Shown: positions 39,970-49,458 of the stretch, one piece after another
How the letters are laid out: the number at the start of each line of letters is the position of its first letter
Position numbering within the stretch: position 1 is the stretch's first letter
DNA from: Prevotella sp.
GTDB lineage: Bacteria > Bacteroidota > Bacteroidia > Bacteroidales > Bacteroidaceae
Length of the DNA stretch: 64,000 bases
Assembly (NCBI GenBank): GCA_017548275.1
Contig: JAFZAH010000040.1
Location: 264,320 to 328,319, forward strand
Reading direction: 5' to 3'
Program-made: the position numbers and the translations under genes
The notes under the pieces: model-generated
Told to the model about the DNA's origin: nothing
Seen by the model: only the letters and a program-made list of their open reading frames with translations
The model's database searches: none

Positions 39970-40924
39970 CCTGTTGTTAATAGCAGGTGTCATGATGTGT
40001 ATGATGGCTCTGACTGATTGCAGTCGTTCACCATTGATGCCACAAAGCGGGGGAAAACCTTACGAGGTGGTGCTTATCGGCGACCCTGACAGTATCGTCT
40101 ATCATGAACTGGACGCCGATGTGGAGGGATTACCCCAGTCGGAGCCAAGTTTTGACATACTGAAGACTGACAGTGCGACGGGCAGTGAACTCTTGGCTCG
40201 CAATGTGGTTAGAGTGAGCATCGACTCCATGAGATACAGCCGCACACATATCCGCTATGACCAAGACGTGAACTCCTCGCCGCAACTGATGGTATATATC
40301 CACACACCGAGCGTAAAAGCACTACGTCAAGAGTTACCCCCATTGGGCGGACGGCTCCGCCAACTGCTGACACAGGCAGAGATGAAACGCGCCCAGGCCT
40401 TTCTCAACAAGAAGCATAACGATGAGGCGGAGCGTATGATAGAAAAAATGTTCGGTGTCAAGATGCGCATACCATCCGACCTGACATCGAGCAAACGCGG
40501 GAATCGGTTTCTATGGTTGTCGAACAACCAATCGGCAGAAGCCCAACGGTGCATCTGTCTGTATGAGGTAAGCCCCTACCCTGCCCAAGACATGAGCGTA
40601 CGTGACAGCGTGATGAGACGTAACATACAGGGCGAAACCGATTCGATGTATATGCAAACGGTAGCGGGTACAACCACTGCCTACAAGCAAAAACGCACCG
40701 ACGAGCGCGAGGAATACATTGTAAGAGGCCTATGGGAAATGCATGGCGATGCCATGGGGGGGCCATTTGTTCAACGCATCATCCCGAAAGATAGTCTGAG
40801 AACCATCGTTTGCGAGGCATTTGTGTTTGCACCGGGTATGAACAAACGCAACCCGATGCGGCAACTGGAAGCAGCCATCATGACGTTGAACGTTGAACAT
40901 GGAACGTTGAACATGGAACGTTGA
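39950..40924 (+). CDS. DUF4837 family lipoprotein
   Basis: GKPYEVV, GLPQSEPSF, RGLWEM.GDAMGGPFV; conserved position after rlmN. Confidence 0.8.
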   Translation: MRAARNSLLLIAGVMMCMMALTDCSRSPLMPQSGGKPYEVVLIGDPDSIVYHELDADVEGLPQSEPSFDILKTDSATGSELLARNVVRVSIDSMRYSRTHIRYDQDVNSSPQLMVYIHTPSVKALRQELPPLGGRLRQLLTQAEMKRAQAFLNKKHNDEAERMIEKMFGVKMRIPSDLTSSKRGNRFLWLSNNQSAEAQRCICLYEVSPYPAQDMSVRDSVMRRNIQGETDSMYMQTVAGTTTAYKQKRTDEREEYIVRGLWEMHGDAMGGPFVQRIIPKDSLRTIVCEAFVFAPGMNKRNPMRQLEAAIMTLNVEHGTLNMER

Positions 40925-40940
40925 ACATGGAACATTTGAA
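40884..40940. repeat. Heptamer tandem repeat (CGTTGAA/CATGGAA)
   Basis: Seven units plus CATTTGAA; encodes the protein C-terminus and stop. Confidence 0.9.
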
Positions 40941-40982
40941 TTTATACAATAAACATAAACTCTCAACAATAAACCATATAGA

Positions 40983-42062
40983 ATGGAAAACAGAATGATA
41001 CGCGTGGCTATCACGCAAGGAGATACAAACGGCATTGGTTATGAATTGATATTCAAGGTGCTGTCTGACCCTGCCATATTAGAATTATGCACACCGATAG
41101 TATACGGTTCAGCAAAAGTGGCAGCCTATCATCGCAAAGCCCTCAACATGCAGGCAAACTTCAGCATCATATCCAAAGCACAAGACGCGCAAGACGGTCG
41201 CGTCAATTTGCTTAACACCATTGATGAAGAAGTGAAGGTTGATTTGGGCACCCCCACACCAGAATCGGCAAAAGCCTCAAGCCTGTCGCTTGACCGCGCC
41301 ATGTCTGACTGGCAAGATGGTTTGTTCGATGTGCTTGTAACTGCACCTGTCAATGCAGAGTCACTAAGCGGCAAGCCATTGTGCGAATATCTGGCGGAAG
41401 CCGCCGGTAACAAAGGCAAGACACTTGACATACTGTCTTGCGACGGCCTGCACCTTGCCATACTTGCTTCAGGTGCTCCTGTAAGTGCCGCTGCAGCACA
41501 AATCACCAAAGACAACGTGACGGAGAAAGCCATCATGTTCTTCCAATCATTGAAACGTGACCTACGCATCAACAACCCACGTATAGCCCTGTTGACTTAT
41601 AACCCTGTGGCTGGTAAGGAGGAGGAAGAGGTGCTGGTGCCCGTGACAGACGAACTTCGCGAGCAGAAAGTCTATGCCTTTGGGCCATTTGCCGCTGACC
41701 AGTTTTTTGCAACTGGCGCTTACTCATCATTTGACGGGGTGCTTGCCATGTATCACGATCAGGGTGTGATACCTTTCAACATTCTGACAGAGAGCCGTGG
41801 CGTTCATCTGACAGCAGGTCTTCCCGGCATCCATGTGTCACCTTCCGTCGGTCCGTGTTTTGAAATAGCAGGTAAAGGCGTAGCCGACGAGAGCAGTCTT
41901 CGTAACGCTATTTATTCAGCCATCGACGCTTGTCGTGCCCGCCAGAACTATGACGAGCCTTTGGTCAACCCGTTGAAGAAACTCTATCACGAGCGCCGCG
42001 ACGACAGCGAGAAAGTGCGCTTTACCATTCCTAAGAAACAAGAGAACGCCCCGAAAGAATGA
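40983..42062 (+). CDS. pdxA: PdxA-like protein with degenerate active site
   Basis: ITQGDTNGIGYE, VTAPVN, GPFAAD, LAMYHDQG. Confidence 0.8.
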   Translation: MENRMIRVAITQGDTNGIGYELIFKVLSDPAILELCTPIVYGSAKVAAYHRKALNMQANFSIISKAQDAQDGRVNLLNTIDEEVKVDLGTPTPESAKASSLSLDRAMSDWQDGLFDVLVTAPVNAESLSGKPLCEYLAEAAGNKGKTLDILSCDGLHLAILASGAPVSAAAAQITKDNVTEKAIMFFQSLKRDLRINNPRIALLTYNPVAGKEEEEVLVPVTDELREQKVYAFGPFAADQFFATGAYSSFDGVLAMYHDQGVIPFNILTESRGVHLTAGLPGIHVSPSVGPCFEIAGKGVADESSLRNAIYSAIDACRARQNYDEPLVNPLKKLYHERRDDSEKVRFTIPKKQENAPKE

Positions 42063-43141
42063 AGAAGAAATACCAAAACGGATTCCTGATTTTCGGTGTA
42101 GCCGTGCTCATCCTGATGGTGACACAACTCGATTTCAAAGAGGTGTGGCAAGGGTTGCGTCATGCCGGTTATTGGTTTTTTGCCGTGGTGGGTCTGTGGA
42201 TGTTTCTCTACATTTTTAACACCACCACATGGTATATCATCATCCGCAGTGGCGACAAACGGGGCGAGCCGTCTAAGGTGAAGTTTTGGTGGCTATACAA
42301 GATTACGGTATCGGGGTTCTCGCTCAACTATGCCACGCCCGGTGGTTTGATGGGAGGCGAGCCCTACCGAATCATGTCGCTGGCACCTAAAATCGGTACA
42401 GAGCGGGCGTCATCGTCGGTCATACTGTTTGCTATGACCCACATCTTCAGCCATTTCTGGTTTTGGCTGATTTCGATTGTATTGTTTTTGTTATTCAAAC
42501 GTGATTTTTTAGATGTGGGCATGGGCATATTGCTTGCTGCTGCAGGTGCATTTTGTTTGTTGGGCCTATGGTTTTTCATCGTCGGTTACCGCAAAGGATT
42601 GGCCGTTCGGGCAATGAATTTGTTGAGGCATATCCCGTTTGTGAAGAAATGGGCATTGCGTTTTTTGGAGAGTCACCGCGAGCAATTAGACAATATCGAC
42701 AACCAGATAGCAGCACTACACAGTCAGAATCCCCGTACGTTTGTGATGGCTGTGATGTCGGAATTGTCATGTCGTATCGTCTCGGCGTTAGAGATTTTCT
42801 TCTGTCTGAAAGTGCTCTATCCCTCCGTCAATTATATCGATTGTATTCTGATTTTAGCGTTCACATCATTGTTTGCCAACCTGCTGTTTTTCATTCCGTT
42901 GCAGTTAGGAGGTCGCGAGGGTGGTTTCCTTATGTCCGCACGAGGATTGGCACTGACGGCGAGCGACGGCATATTTGTGGCACTAATTATCCGTATCCGT
43001 GAGATTATCTGGACCGCAATAGGTTTGCTGTTGATAAAATTTGAAAAGCGGCATGAGCCTGAGTTGAAACAAGAAGACGCTGTCGAACAGACAAATGAGG
43101 AACTGTCAGCAGAAAAACAGGAAGAATTGACGGCAGAGTAA
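42059..43141 (+). CDS. Lysylphosphatidylglycerol synthase TM / flippase-like membrane protein
   Basis: LNYATPGGLMGGEPYR, IPLQLGGREGG; many transmembrane segments. Confidence 0.8.
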   Translation: MKKKYQNGFLIFGVAVLILMVTQLDFKEVWQGLRHAGYWFFAVVGLWMFLYIFNTTTWYIIIRSGDKRGEPSKVKFWWLYKITVSGFSLNYATPGGLMGGEPYRIMSLAPKIGTERASSSVILFAMTHIFSHFWFWLISIVLFLLFKRDFLDVGMGILLAAAGAFCLLGLWFFIVGYRKGLAVRAMNLLRHIPFVKKWALRFLESHREQLDNIDNQIAALHSQNPRTFVMAVMSELSCRIVSALEIFFCLKVLYPSVNYIDCILILAFTSLFANLLFFIPLQLGGREGGFLMSARGLALTASDGIFVALIIRIREIIWTAIGLLLIKFEKRHEPELKQEDAVEQTNEELSAEKQEELTAE

Positions 43142-43210
43142 GGAAAGAAAACTTAAAAAAAGTGTTTCTTTATCGTCAATTGGAAAAAAAGCAGTAATTT
43201 TGCAGTCCCT

Positions 43211-44461
43211 ATGGATATCAATACGATTCAAAACGTGAAGAGGCGTTACAATATCATCGGTAATTGTGACGCATTGAACCGTGCCATCTACGTTGCCCTG
43301 CAAGTGGCGTCGACCGATTTATCGGTGCTCATAATGGGTGAGAGCGGCGTTGGCAAGGAGATTATTCCGCGTATCATCCATGACAACTCACCACGTAAGC
43401 ACAATAAATACTTCGCCATCAACTGCGGTTCCATCCCTGAAGGCACAATAGACAGTGAACTATTCGGCCATGAAAGAGGTTCATTCACTGGTGCTATTGG
43501 TGAGAGCGAGGGTTATTTCGGCGTGGCCAACAACGGCACACTGTTTCTTGACGAAGTGGGCGAATTGCCATTAGCCACTCAAGCCCGCCTGTTGCGTGTA
43601 TTGGAAACCGGTGAATACATTCGCGTTGGCGGTCAAGATATTCGCAAGACAAACGTGCGTATCGTGGCAGCCACGAACGTTAACTTACAGGTAGCCATTA
43701 ATGAAGGCCGTTTCCGTGAAGACCTGTACTATCGTCTGAACACCATCCCCATCCAAATGCCTTCCCTGCGCGAACGGGGAGATGATATCATCAGGTTATT
43801 TAAGTTGTTTGCCCGAAACATGGCTGAAACATATCATTTTCCCCCGATATCTCTCACTCCTGACGCAGAGCGACTGATGTTGAAATACAAATGGCCCGGC
43901 AATGTGAGGCAACTGAAAAACCTAACAGAACAGATGTCGGTAATAAGCACAGAGCGTGTTATTGACGCAGACCTGCTCAAACAGTACATCCCTCAGGACA
44001 AGGAAACCACCCAATTGGCTGTCATTCAACATGACAACAAGAGTCATCAATATGAGAGTGAGCGTGAGATATTGTTCAATCTACTCCGCGAACTGAATAA
44101 CAACATGGGTGACATGAGGCGCGAACTGAATGAACTGAGACAAAGAATGCAGGAGAACTCCCAATTGAGCAACCATGGAAGCAATTTGCCTGCCTTCAAC
44201 CATCAAGACGAGGGTATCCCCGAGAAGTTATCCCATCAAACCACCATAGAAGAGGCGGAGGCGGAAGAGATTTCTGACACGGACAACCTGAATTTGAATG
44301 AAGCGAACCGACAAATGTTAGTGAGAGCCTTAGAAAAGCATGGAGGCAACCGTAGGAAGGCTGCTGAAGAATTAGGCATTTCAGACCGCACACTCTACCG
44401 CAGGTTGAAAGATTACGGGTTGTTGCCCCCGAAAAATAGCGACAAACAATCCCAAGAATAA
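43211..44461 (+). CDS. Sigma-54-interacting AAA+ regulator with Fis-type HTH, no receiver domain
   Basis: GESGVGKE, SELFGHERGSFTGA, FREDLYYRL, WPGNVRQL. Confidence 0.93.
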   Translation: MDINTIQNVKRRYNIIGNCDALNRAIYVALQVASTDLSVLIMGESGVGKEIIPRIIHDNSPRKHNKYFAINCGSIPEGTIDSELFGHERGSFTGAIGESEGYFGVANNGTLFLDEVGELPLATQARLLRVLETGEYIRVGGQDIRKTNVRIVAATNVNLQVAINEGRFREDLYYRLNTIPIQMPSLRERGDDIIRLFKLFARNMAETYHFPPISLTPDAERLMLKYKWPGNVRQLKNLTEQMSVISTERVIDADLLKQYIPQDKETTQLAVIQHDNKSHQYESEREILFNLLRELNNNMGDMRRELNELRQRMQENSQLSNHGSNLPAFNHQDEGIPEKLSHQTTIEEAEAEEISDTDNLNLNEANRQMLVRALEKHGGNRRKAAEELGISDRTLYRRLKDYGLLPPKNSDKQSQE

Positions 44462-44473
44462 GAAACAGAAGAT

Positions 44474-45001
44474 TTGAAAAAGATATTTGGCATAGTGTTT
44501 GCAAGCATATTGAATGTGCTTTTGCTGGGCATGATGATGACATCTTGCTCGGTGAAGTATAGTTTCAATGGTGCGAGCATCAACTATGACGAGACGAAAA
44601 CCATCCAAATAAGTGACTTCCCCATCCGTGCGACATACGTTTGGGGACCGATGAGGGCCATCTTCAACAATGAATTGCGCGATGTGTTTGCCAACCACAC
44701 GAAATTGCAGCAGGTAAAACGCAATGGTGACCTCGTGTTAGAGGGCGAGATAACACAATACCAACAGCGCAACAAGAGTGTGTCAAGCGAGGGCTATTCT
44801 GCACAAACAGAACTATCGATGACGGTAAACGTGAGGTTCACGAACAATGTGCGTCACGAGCAGGATTTCGAGAAGCAATTTACTGCTACATCGACCTATG
44901 AGACCACGCAGTCGTTGAACGCCGTTCAGGAAGAACTGGTCACGGAGATGGTGAAAGAGATTACGGATCAGATATTTAACGCCACAGTAGCCAATTGGTA
45001 A
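44474..45001 (+). CDS. lptE: LPS assembly lipoprotein LptE-like
   Basis: TSC lipobox, YSFNGASI, IFNATVANW C-terminus; conserved context. Confidence 0.75.
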   Translation: MKKIFGIVFASILNVLLLGMMMTSCSVKYSFNGASINYDETKTIQISDFPIRATYVWGPMRAIFNNELRDVFANHTKLQQVKRNGDLVLEGEITQYQQRNKSVSSEGYSAQTELSMTVNVRFTNNVRHEQDFEKQFTATSTYETTQSLNAVQEELVTEMVKEITDQIFNATVANW

Positions 45002-45008
45002 AAGCAAT

Positions 45009-45740
45009 ATGAACCTGTCAGAACTCATCCAACATCCAGAAACGATGAACAAAGAGACGCTCTATGATCTGCGTTCATTGCTTGCCATGCACCCGTATTA
45101 TCAGACGGCACGTCTTTTGCTGCTGCAAAACCTCTATCTGCTTCACGACCCGTCGTTTGACGAGGAACTTCGCCGGGCCGCCGTCTATATCAGCGACCGT
45201 CGTGTGATTTTTAATCTGGTGGAAGCCGCCCATTACCGTCTGCGGAAAGAAGAAGACGTATCGGTGCCACCGACTACAGAGACAGGAAGCCGCACATTGT
45301 CGCTCATCGATCAGTTTTTGGAACAGCAACCAAGTCTGCCAGGCGTATCGCGTCAGAAACGCAAACCGACCGCGGCCGATGCCGCTATCGACTATGTGTC
45401 ATACCTTATGCAGGAAGAAGACAGCGACGAAACAAACGGTCCTGCACCCGAAATGAAAGGTCAGCAACTGATAGACGACTTCCTGAAGACGGGCAAGATA
45501 GATCTGAAAGACGAGTTGGAATACCTGCCGGAGTTGGATGAAGAGAAAAATGACAAAAAATCGTCAGATGACGGCTTTTTCACCGAGACTTTAGCCCGAA
45601 TTTACATTAAACAGGGCAGATATTCGAAGGCTTTGGAAATAATTAAGCGTATAAATTTGAATTATCCAAAAAAAAGTGCTTACTTTGCAGACCAAATTCG
45701 ATTTTTAGAGAAATTGATTATAAACAACAATAAAAAATAA
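45009..45740 (+). CDS. Conserved hypothetical TPR-like protein
   Basis: HPYYQ, FFTETLARIYIKQG.Y.KA, YPKKSAYFADQI. Confidence 0.8.
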   Translation: MNLSELIQHPETMNKETLYDLRSLLAMHPYYQTARLLLLQNLYLLHDPSFDEELRRAAVYISDRRVIFNLVEAAHYRLRKEEDVSVPPTTETGSRTLSLIDQFLEQQPSLPGVSRQKRKPTAADAAIDYVSYLMQEEDSDETNGPAPEMKGQQLIDDFLKTGKIDLKDELEYLPELDEEKNDKKSSDDGFFTETLARIYIKQGRYSKALEIIKRINLNYPKKSAYFADQIRFLEKLIINNNKK

Positions 45741-45747
45741 GAGTAAA

Positions 45748-46176
45748 ATGTACACATTTTTTGTAATTTTGATTGTGCTGGCAGCCTTGCTGATGATTTT
45801 CATCGTGTTGATTCAGGAGTCCAAAGGAGGCGGTCTTTCCAGCAACTTCTCATCATCGAACAGTTTATTAGGTGTTCGCAAGACCACTGACTTCATCGAA
45901 AAAGCCACATGGGGTCTCGCTATCGCCATGGTGGTTTTGAGTGTCATCTGCGCAGCCGTTGCCCCGAAGGGACAGTCACAACAGAGCGTGGTTGAGGGTT
46001 CGAAAGCCCCTGCCGCCCAACAGTCAACCTTCGGCGCTTCTCAAAAGGCCGCCACAGAAGGTGCCGCTACCCTTCCCGCCGAAGGCGCAGCCCAAGCACC
46101 CGCTGCCGCTCCTGCACAGGCTCCCGCTGCACCCGCTCAGGCACCTGCCGCTCCTGCAGCACCTGCCAAGCAATAA
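45748..46176 (+). CDS. secG: Preprotein translocase subunit SecG
   Basis: VLIQESKGGGLS, DFIEKATW; Ala/Pro-rich tail. Confidence 0.93.
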   Translation: MYTFFVILIVLAALLMIFIVLIQESKGGGLSSNFSSSNSLLGVRKTTDFIEKATWGLAIAMVVLSVICAAVAPKGQSQQSVVEGSKAPAAQQSTFGASQKAATEGAATLPAEGAAQAPAAAPAQAPAAPAQAPAAPAAPAKQ

Positions 46177-46200
46177 GATTTAGAAATTTACCGCAAAAAA

Positions 46201-46232
46201 TTTGGCGTTTTCGAAATAAAGCCTTACCTTTG
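46201..46232 (+). promoter_or_regulatory. tRNA-His promoter
   Basis: TTTG-N20-TACCTTTG. Confidence 0.8.
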
Positions 46233-46262
46233 CACCCGCTTTTACGAGCAAACGATCTACAT

Positions 46263-46337
46263 GGTGCCCGTAGTTCAGTTGGTTAGAGCGTCAGATTGTG
46301 GTTCTGAATGTCGTGGGTTCGAGTCCCACCGGGCACC
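46263..46337 (+). tRNA. tRNA-His(GTG)
   Basis: G-1, acceptor GTGCCCG/CGGGCAC-C, anticodon arm TCAGA-TTGTGGT-TCTGA. Confidence 0.97.
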
Positions 46338-46345
46338 CTGAAAAC

Positions 46346-46379
46346 AAAAAGCCTGATTGTCCAAGACAGTCGGGCTTTT
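46346..46379. terminator. Bidirectional terminator
   Basis: AAAAAGCCTGATTGTC-CAA-GACAGTCGGGCTTTT between convergent units. Confidence 0.8.
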
Positions 46380-46389
46380 ATGTTCATTA

Positions 46390-46926
46390 TCAGACACTCT
46401 TACCTAATTCGAAAGCCTCTTGTAATTTGGGGTTCCCTTCAATCTCACGGGCATAGTTGACGCCGCCGCAAAAGAGGGTTCCGGCCAGACGGCTCTTCGG
46501 ATAGCAGTCTGTCCAGCCCGTCAGACCTGTCTCTGCGCGTTTCGGGGTCTGTTCTTCATCGTCAGCCGCCGTGGTCAGCAGATAGACATCACGGAAGTGG
46601 TAATCCAGTTCATACATGGCATTCATGCGATCAATAAGCGTTTTCATCTGACCGCTCATCCCATAATAATATATAGGTGTGGCCCATACCACTACCTCGG
46701 CATTCTTCACCTTTTCCATGATGCCATTCGCATCATCGTCAATAACACAACGCCCCAACTTCTGGCAAGCCAGACAGCCCCTGCAAAAGCAAATACTCTT
46801 GCCGACAAGTGAAATCTTCTCAACATCGTGTCCGGCTGCTTTTGCACCTAAAACAAACTGGTCGGCAAGCATGTCGCTGTTTGAACCATGACGCAGACTC
46901 GTGGATATTACTATTACTTTTTTCAT
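46390..46926 (-). CDS. Iron-sulfur flavoprotein / flavodoxin family protein
   Basis: STSLR.GSNS, CRGCLACQKLGRC, ATPIYYYGMSGQMKTLIDR. Confidence 0.88.
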   Translation of the reverse strand: MKKVIVISTSLRHGSNSDMLADQFVLGAKAAGHDVEKISLVGKSICFCRGCLACQKLGRCVIDDDANGIMEKVKNAEVVVWATPIYYYGMSGQMKTLIDRMNAMYELDYHFRDVYLLTTAADDEEQTPKRAETGLTGWTDCYPKSRLAGTLFCGGVNYAREIEGNPKLQEAFELGKSV

Positions 46927-46957
46927 ACTATCTCAAAAAATGATTAAACGGTTCATA

Positions 46958-47986
46958 CTAAGATAAGTTGTTTTCTTTATCGTATAATTCGAGTGCTTCT
47001 TTTAATTTGTCTTTCATGTACTTTACTGCAATTCGGGGATAGATGATTTTAACGCCCGGTCCATAGGTCATGAAAACAGAATACATCTCAACATTGATGA
47101 CCACATCTATTCTGAAGATGCAACTGCCATCCTCATTCTCACTTATCAAACGCTGTGAGCGGTGCATTGGTTTTGTCTTGATGTATTTGCTCTGATTGGG
47201 ACTTGCCCAAAACTTGATACATCTTGGTGTGGTTTTGATATTCTTGCTCACCCCTATCACATCGTCAAAGAAATGTTCCGGGTCAAAGTCAGGATTCTCG
47301 CGAAAAGGAACGTCCACCGGCTCCACACTTCTGATACGGTCTAGCGCTAAGTTAAACAACAACAGATTATCTGCTTTGGAACAGAAAAGGAACCAGCGGT
47401 TGCGAAACTCTTTCAACAGATAAGGACATATGATATACTCCGCAGGTTTAGTGGCATTGAACGACTGATACATGATGCGAAGTGTCTGCTTATGCGCTAT
47501 ATAGTTGTATAGAGGATTGAGCAGACGGATACCCTTCAAGTTCGGGACGCTGTCGAAATGAATAATGGGCTTGCGATTGTTACGGGTAATCGCCAGTTTG
47601 TCTTGCAATCGGCTCACCACATCAGCCATTTCGGAGAATTGCTCAAAATCTTCCAACTGGCGAAGCATATCAACAGCCTCTTGCATAACATCATAATCGT
47701 TCTGGGACATAGGCATATCCATAATGGAATACCCCTCTTCCGCGTATCGATAGTATTTATGATCATAAACCTCAATGGGCGCATTGTATCCGAGTTTGTC
47801 AGACCGCATCATCTGAATATCGCCTTGAACTGTCCGGACAGAAACACCTTTCTTAATTCCTTCCATATCGTAGAGCGCATCCGAGCAAGCCTCCACCAAG
47901 TCTTCAAGTGTCCATCGGCGATAGCGGTTGCGGAGACAGTTATCAATGGTTTTGTAGCGAATCAACGCGTTTTTGTTAGCAGGCAT
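46958..47986 (-). CDS. wHTH-WYL-WCX transcriptional regulator
   Basis: N-terminal wHTH (SVRTVQGDI), PYLLKEFRNRWFL, LALDRI WYL signature. Confidence 0.93.
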   Translation of the reverse strand: MPANKNALIRYKTIDNCLRNRYRRWTLEDLVEACSDALYDMEGIKKGVSVRTVQGDIQMMRSDKLGYNAPIEVYDHKYYRYAEEGYSIMDMPMSQNDYDVMQEAVDMLRQLEDFEQFSEMADVVSRLQDKLAITRNNRKPIIHFDSVPNLKGIRLLNPLYNYIAHKQTLRIMYQSFNATKPAEYIICPYLLKEFRNRWFLFCSKADNLLLFNLALDRIRSVEPVDVPFRENPDFDPEHFFDDVIGVSKNIKTTPRCIKFWASPNQSKYIKTKPMHRSQRLISENEDGSCIFRIDVVINVEMYSVFMTYGPGVKIIYPRIAVKYMKDKLKEALELYDKENNLS

Positions 47987-48012
47987 AATAGGTTTTTATG
48001 TTATTGATGTTA

Positions 48013-48020
48013 CAAAGATA
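48013..48020 (-). promoter_or_regulatory. -7 box of the WYL promoter
   Basis: TATCTTTG on the minus strand. Confidence 0.7.
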
Positions 48021-48028
48021 GTCTTTTT

Positions 48029-48047
48029 TACGCAACCTATTTGCGTA
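48029..48047. promoter_or_regulatory. Candidate WYL operator 1
   Basis: Perfect palindrome TACGCAA-N5-TTGCGTA. Confidence 0.7.
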
Positions 48048-48097
48048 GATGTTAAAAAACATTCTTTTTTTCATGTTTTTCACATATTTTTTCAATC

Positions 48098-48116
48098 TAC
48101 GCAGAAAGACTGCGCA
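48098..48116. promoter_or_regulatory. Candidate WYL operator 2
   Basis: TACGCAG-N5-CTGCGCA, 9 bp upstream of TTACTTTG (48126-48133). Confidence 0.65.
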
Positions 48117-48227
48117 GTTCTGTATTTACTTTGCAACGCGGTTCGTGATATACGCGGACACGTCTTGAAAATGAGCTACGCACCACCTATTATCAAATGT
48201 AACATTATTAAAAAGAAAATTAACGAA

Positions 48228-49400
48228 ATGGAAGTAAAGATAATCAATAACCGTCCTGTCAAGATATGGACGGATAAGGTAGAGGAAACGGCGATGCGTC
48301 AGATAGAGAATCTGACCACTCTACCCTTCCTCTTCCATCACCTTGCCATCATGCCCGACGTGCATGCCGGAATGGGGATGCCCATCGGTGGCGTGCTAGC
48401 ATGTACTGACGCAGTGATACCCAATGCCGTAGGAGTAGATATCGGCTGCGGCATGTGCGCCGTGAAAACCAACCAGCAAGCGGCAGACATACCTGCTGAT
48501 GTTCTTCGCAAGCAAATCATGCGCGGCATCCGCAAGCGCATACCTCTCGGCATGGAGCATCACAAAGAGGCTCAAGACGAGAAGTATCTGCCTTCGGGAC
48601 ATGACATCGACAAAATGGAAATAGTGAAACGTCGACAAATAGCAATAACCAAGGAAGTAGGAACATTAGGCGGGGGCAATCACTTCATAGAGTTGCAGAA
48701 AGATGAAGAGGGTTATCTCTGGATTATGATTCACTCAGGTTCCAGAAATCTCGGAAAACTGGTAGGAGATTATTATAATGAAAAGGCTAAGGTGCTCAAT
48801 GAGCGCTGGCATTCGGTGGTATCACCTGACATACGTCTTCCTTTCCTTCCCTTGCGTACCGATGAGTTCAACGCATATTGGCGCGAGATGGAATATTGCA
48901 TAGATTTTGCCCTCTGCAACCGCCGGCTGATGATGGAACGTATTGAAGAGGTCATAGCCGATGCACTGAACGGCATTGAGTTTGAGCCCATGATTAACAT
49001 TGCCCACAATTATGCCACATGGGAGCATCATTTCGGCAAGAACGTGATTGTTCACCGTAAGGGAGCAACATTGGCCCGCGAAGGTATCATCGGCATCATA
49101 CCGGGTTCTCAGGGAACCGCATCGTATATAGTCGAGGGTCTTGGCAATCCGGACTCGTTCTGTTCATGCTCACACGGTGCCGGTCGAACGATGTCACGCA
49201 CTGCTGCCATACGTGACCTCAACTTGCAAGAAGAAGTGGAACGACTGGATGCACTGGGCATCGTCCATGCTATCCGCAACCAAAATGACATGCAAGAAGC
49301 CTCTGGTGCTTACAAAGACATTGAAGAGGTCATTGCCAATGAGGCTGACCTGGTGAAAGTAAAAACCAGGCTGTTTCCCATAGCGGTGATTAAGGGATAG
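48228..49400 (+). CDS. rtcB: RNA 3'-phosphate/5'-OH ligase RtcB
   Basis: MPDVHAG, VGVDIGCG, GTLGGGNHFIE, HSGSR, HNYA, HRKGA, SHGAGR, terminal KG. Confidence 0.96.
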   Translation: MEVKIINNRPVKIWTDKVEETAMRQIENLTTLPFLFHHLAIMPDVHAGMGMPIGGVLACTDAVIPNAVGVDIGCGMCAVKTNQQAADIPADVLRKQIMRGIRKRIPLGMEHHKEAQDEKYLPSGHDIDKMEIVKRRQIAITKEVGTLGGGNHFIELQKDEEGYLWIMIHSGSRNLGKLVGDYYNEKAKVLNERWHSVVSPDIRLPFLPLRTDEFNAYWREMEYCIDFALCNRRLMMERIEEVIADALNGIEFEPMINIAHNYATWEHHFGKNVIVHRKGATLAREGIIGIIPGSQGTASYIVEGLGNPDSFCSCSHGAGRTMSRTAAIRDLNLQEEVERLDALGIVHAIRNQNDMQEASGAYKDIEEVIANEADLVKVKTRLFPIAVIKG

Positions 49401-49450
49401 CCTTAGACAATTATATGTATAAAAAACAAGATTGTTCCATAACATTGGCA

Positions 49451-49458
49451 TATCTTTG
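49451..49458 (+). promoter_or_regulatory. Internal -7 promoter box upstream of the RNA array and Ro60
   Basis: TATCTTTG(CA), 26 bp before RNA copy 1. Confidence 0.6.

Noticed and set aside
43211-44461. Sigma-54 activator as an RtcR equivalent for the RNA-repair locus
   Set aside because: It has no CARF domain and belongs to the conserved pdxA-lptE-secG cluster.
46060-46170. Repetitive DNA in the secG 3' end
   Set aside because: It simply encodes the Ala/Pro-rich disordered tail.
47973-48227. 85-aa N-terminal extension of RtcB in the ORF track
   Set aside because: It spans the divergent promoters and operators; ATG 48228 has an A-rich leader and gives a normal RtcB.
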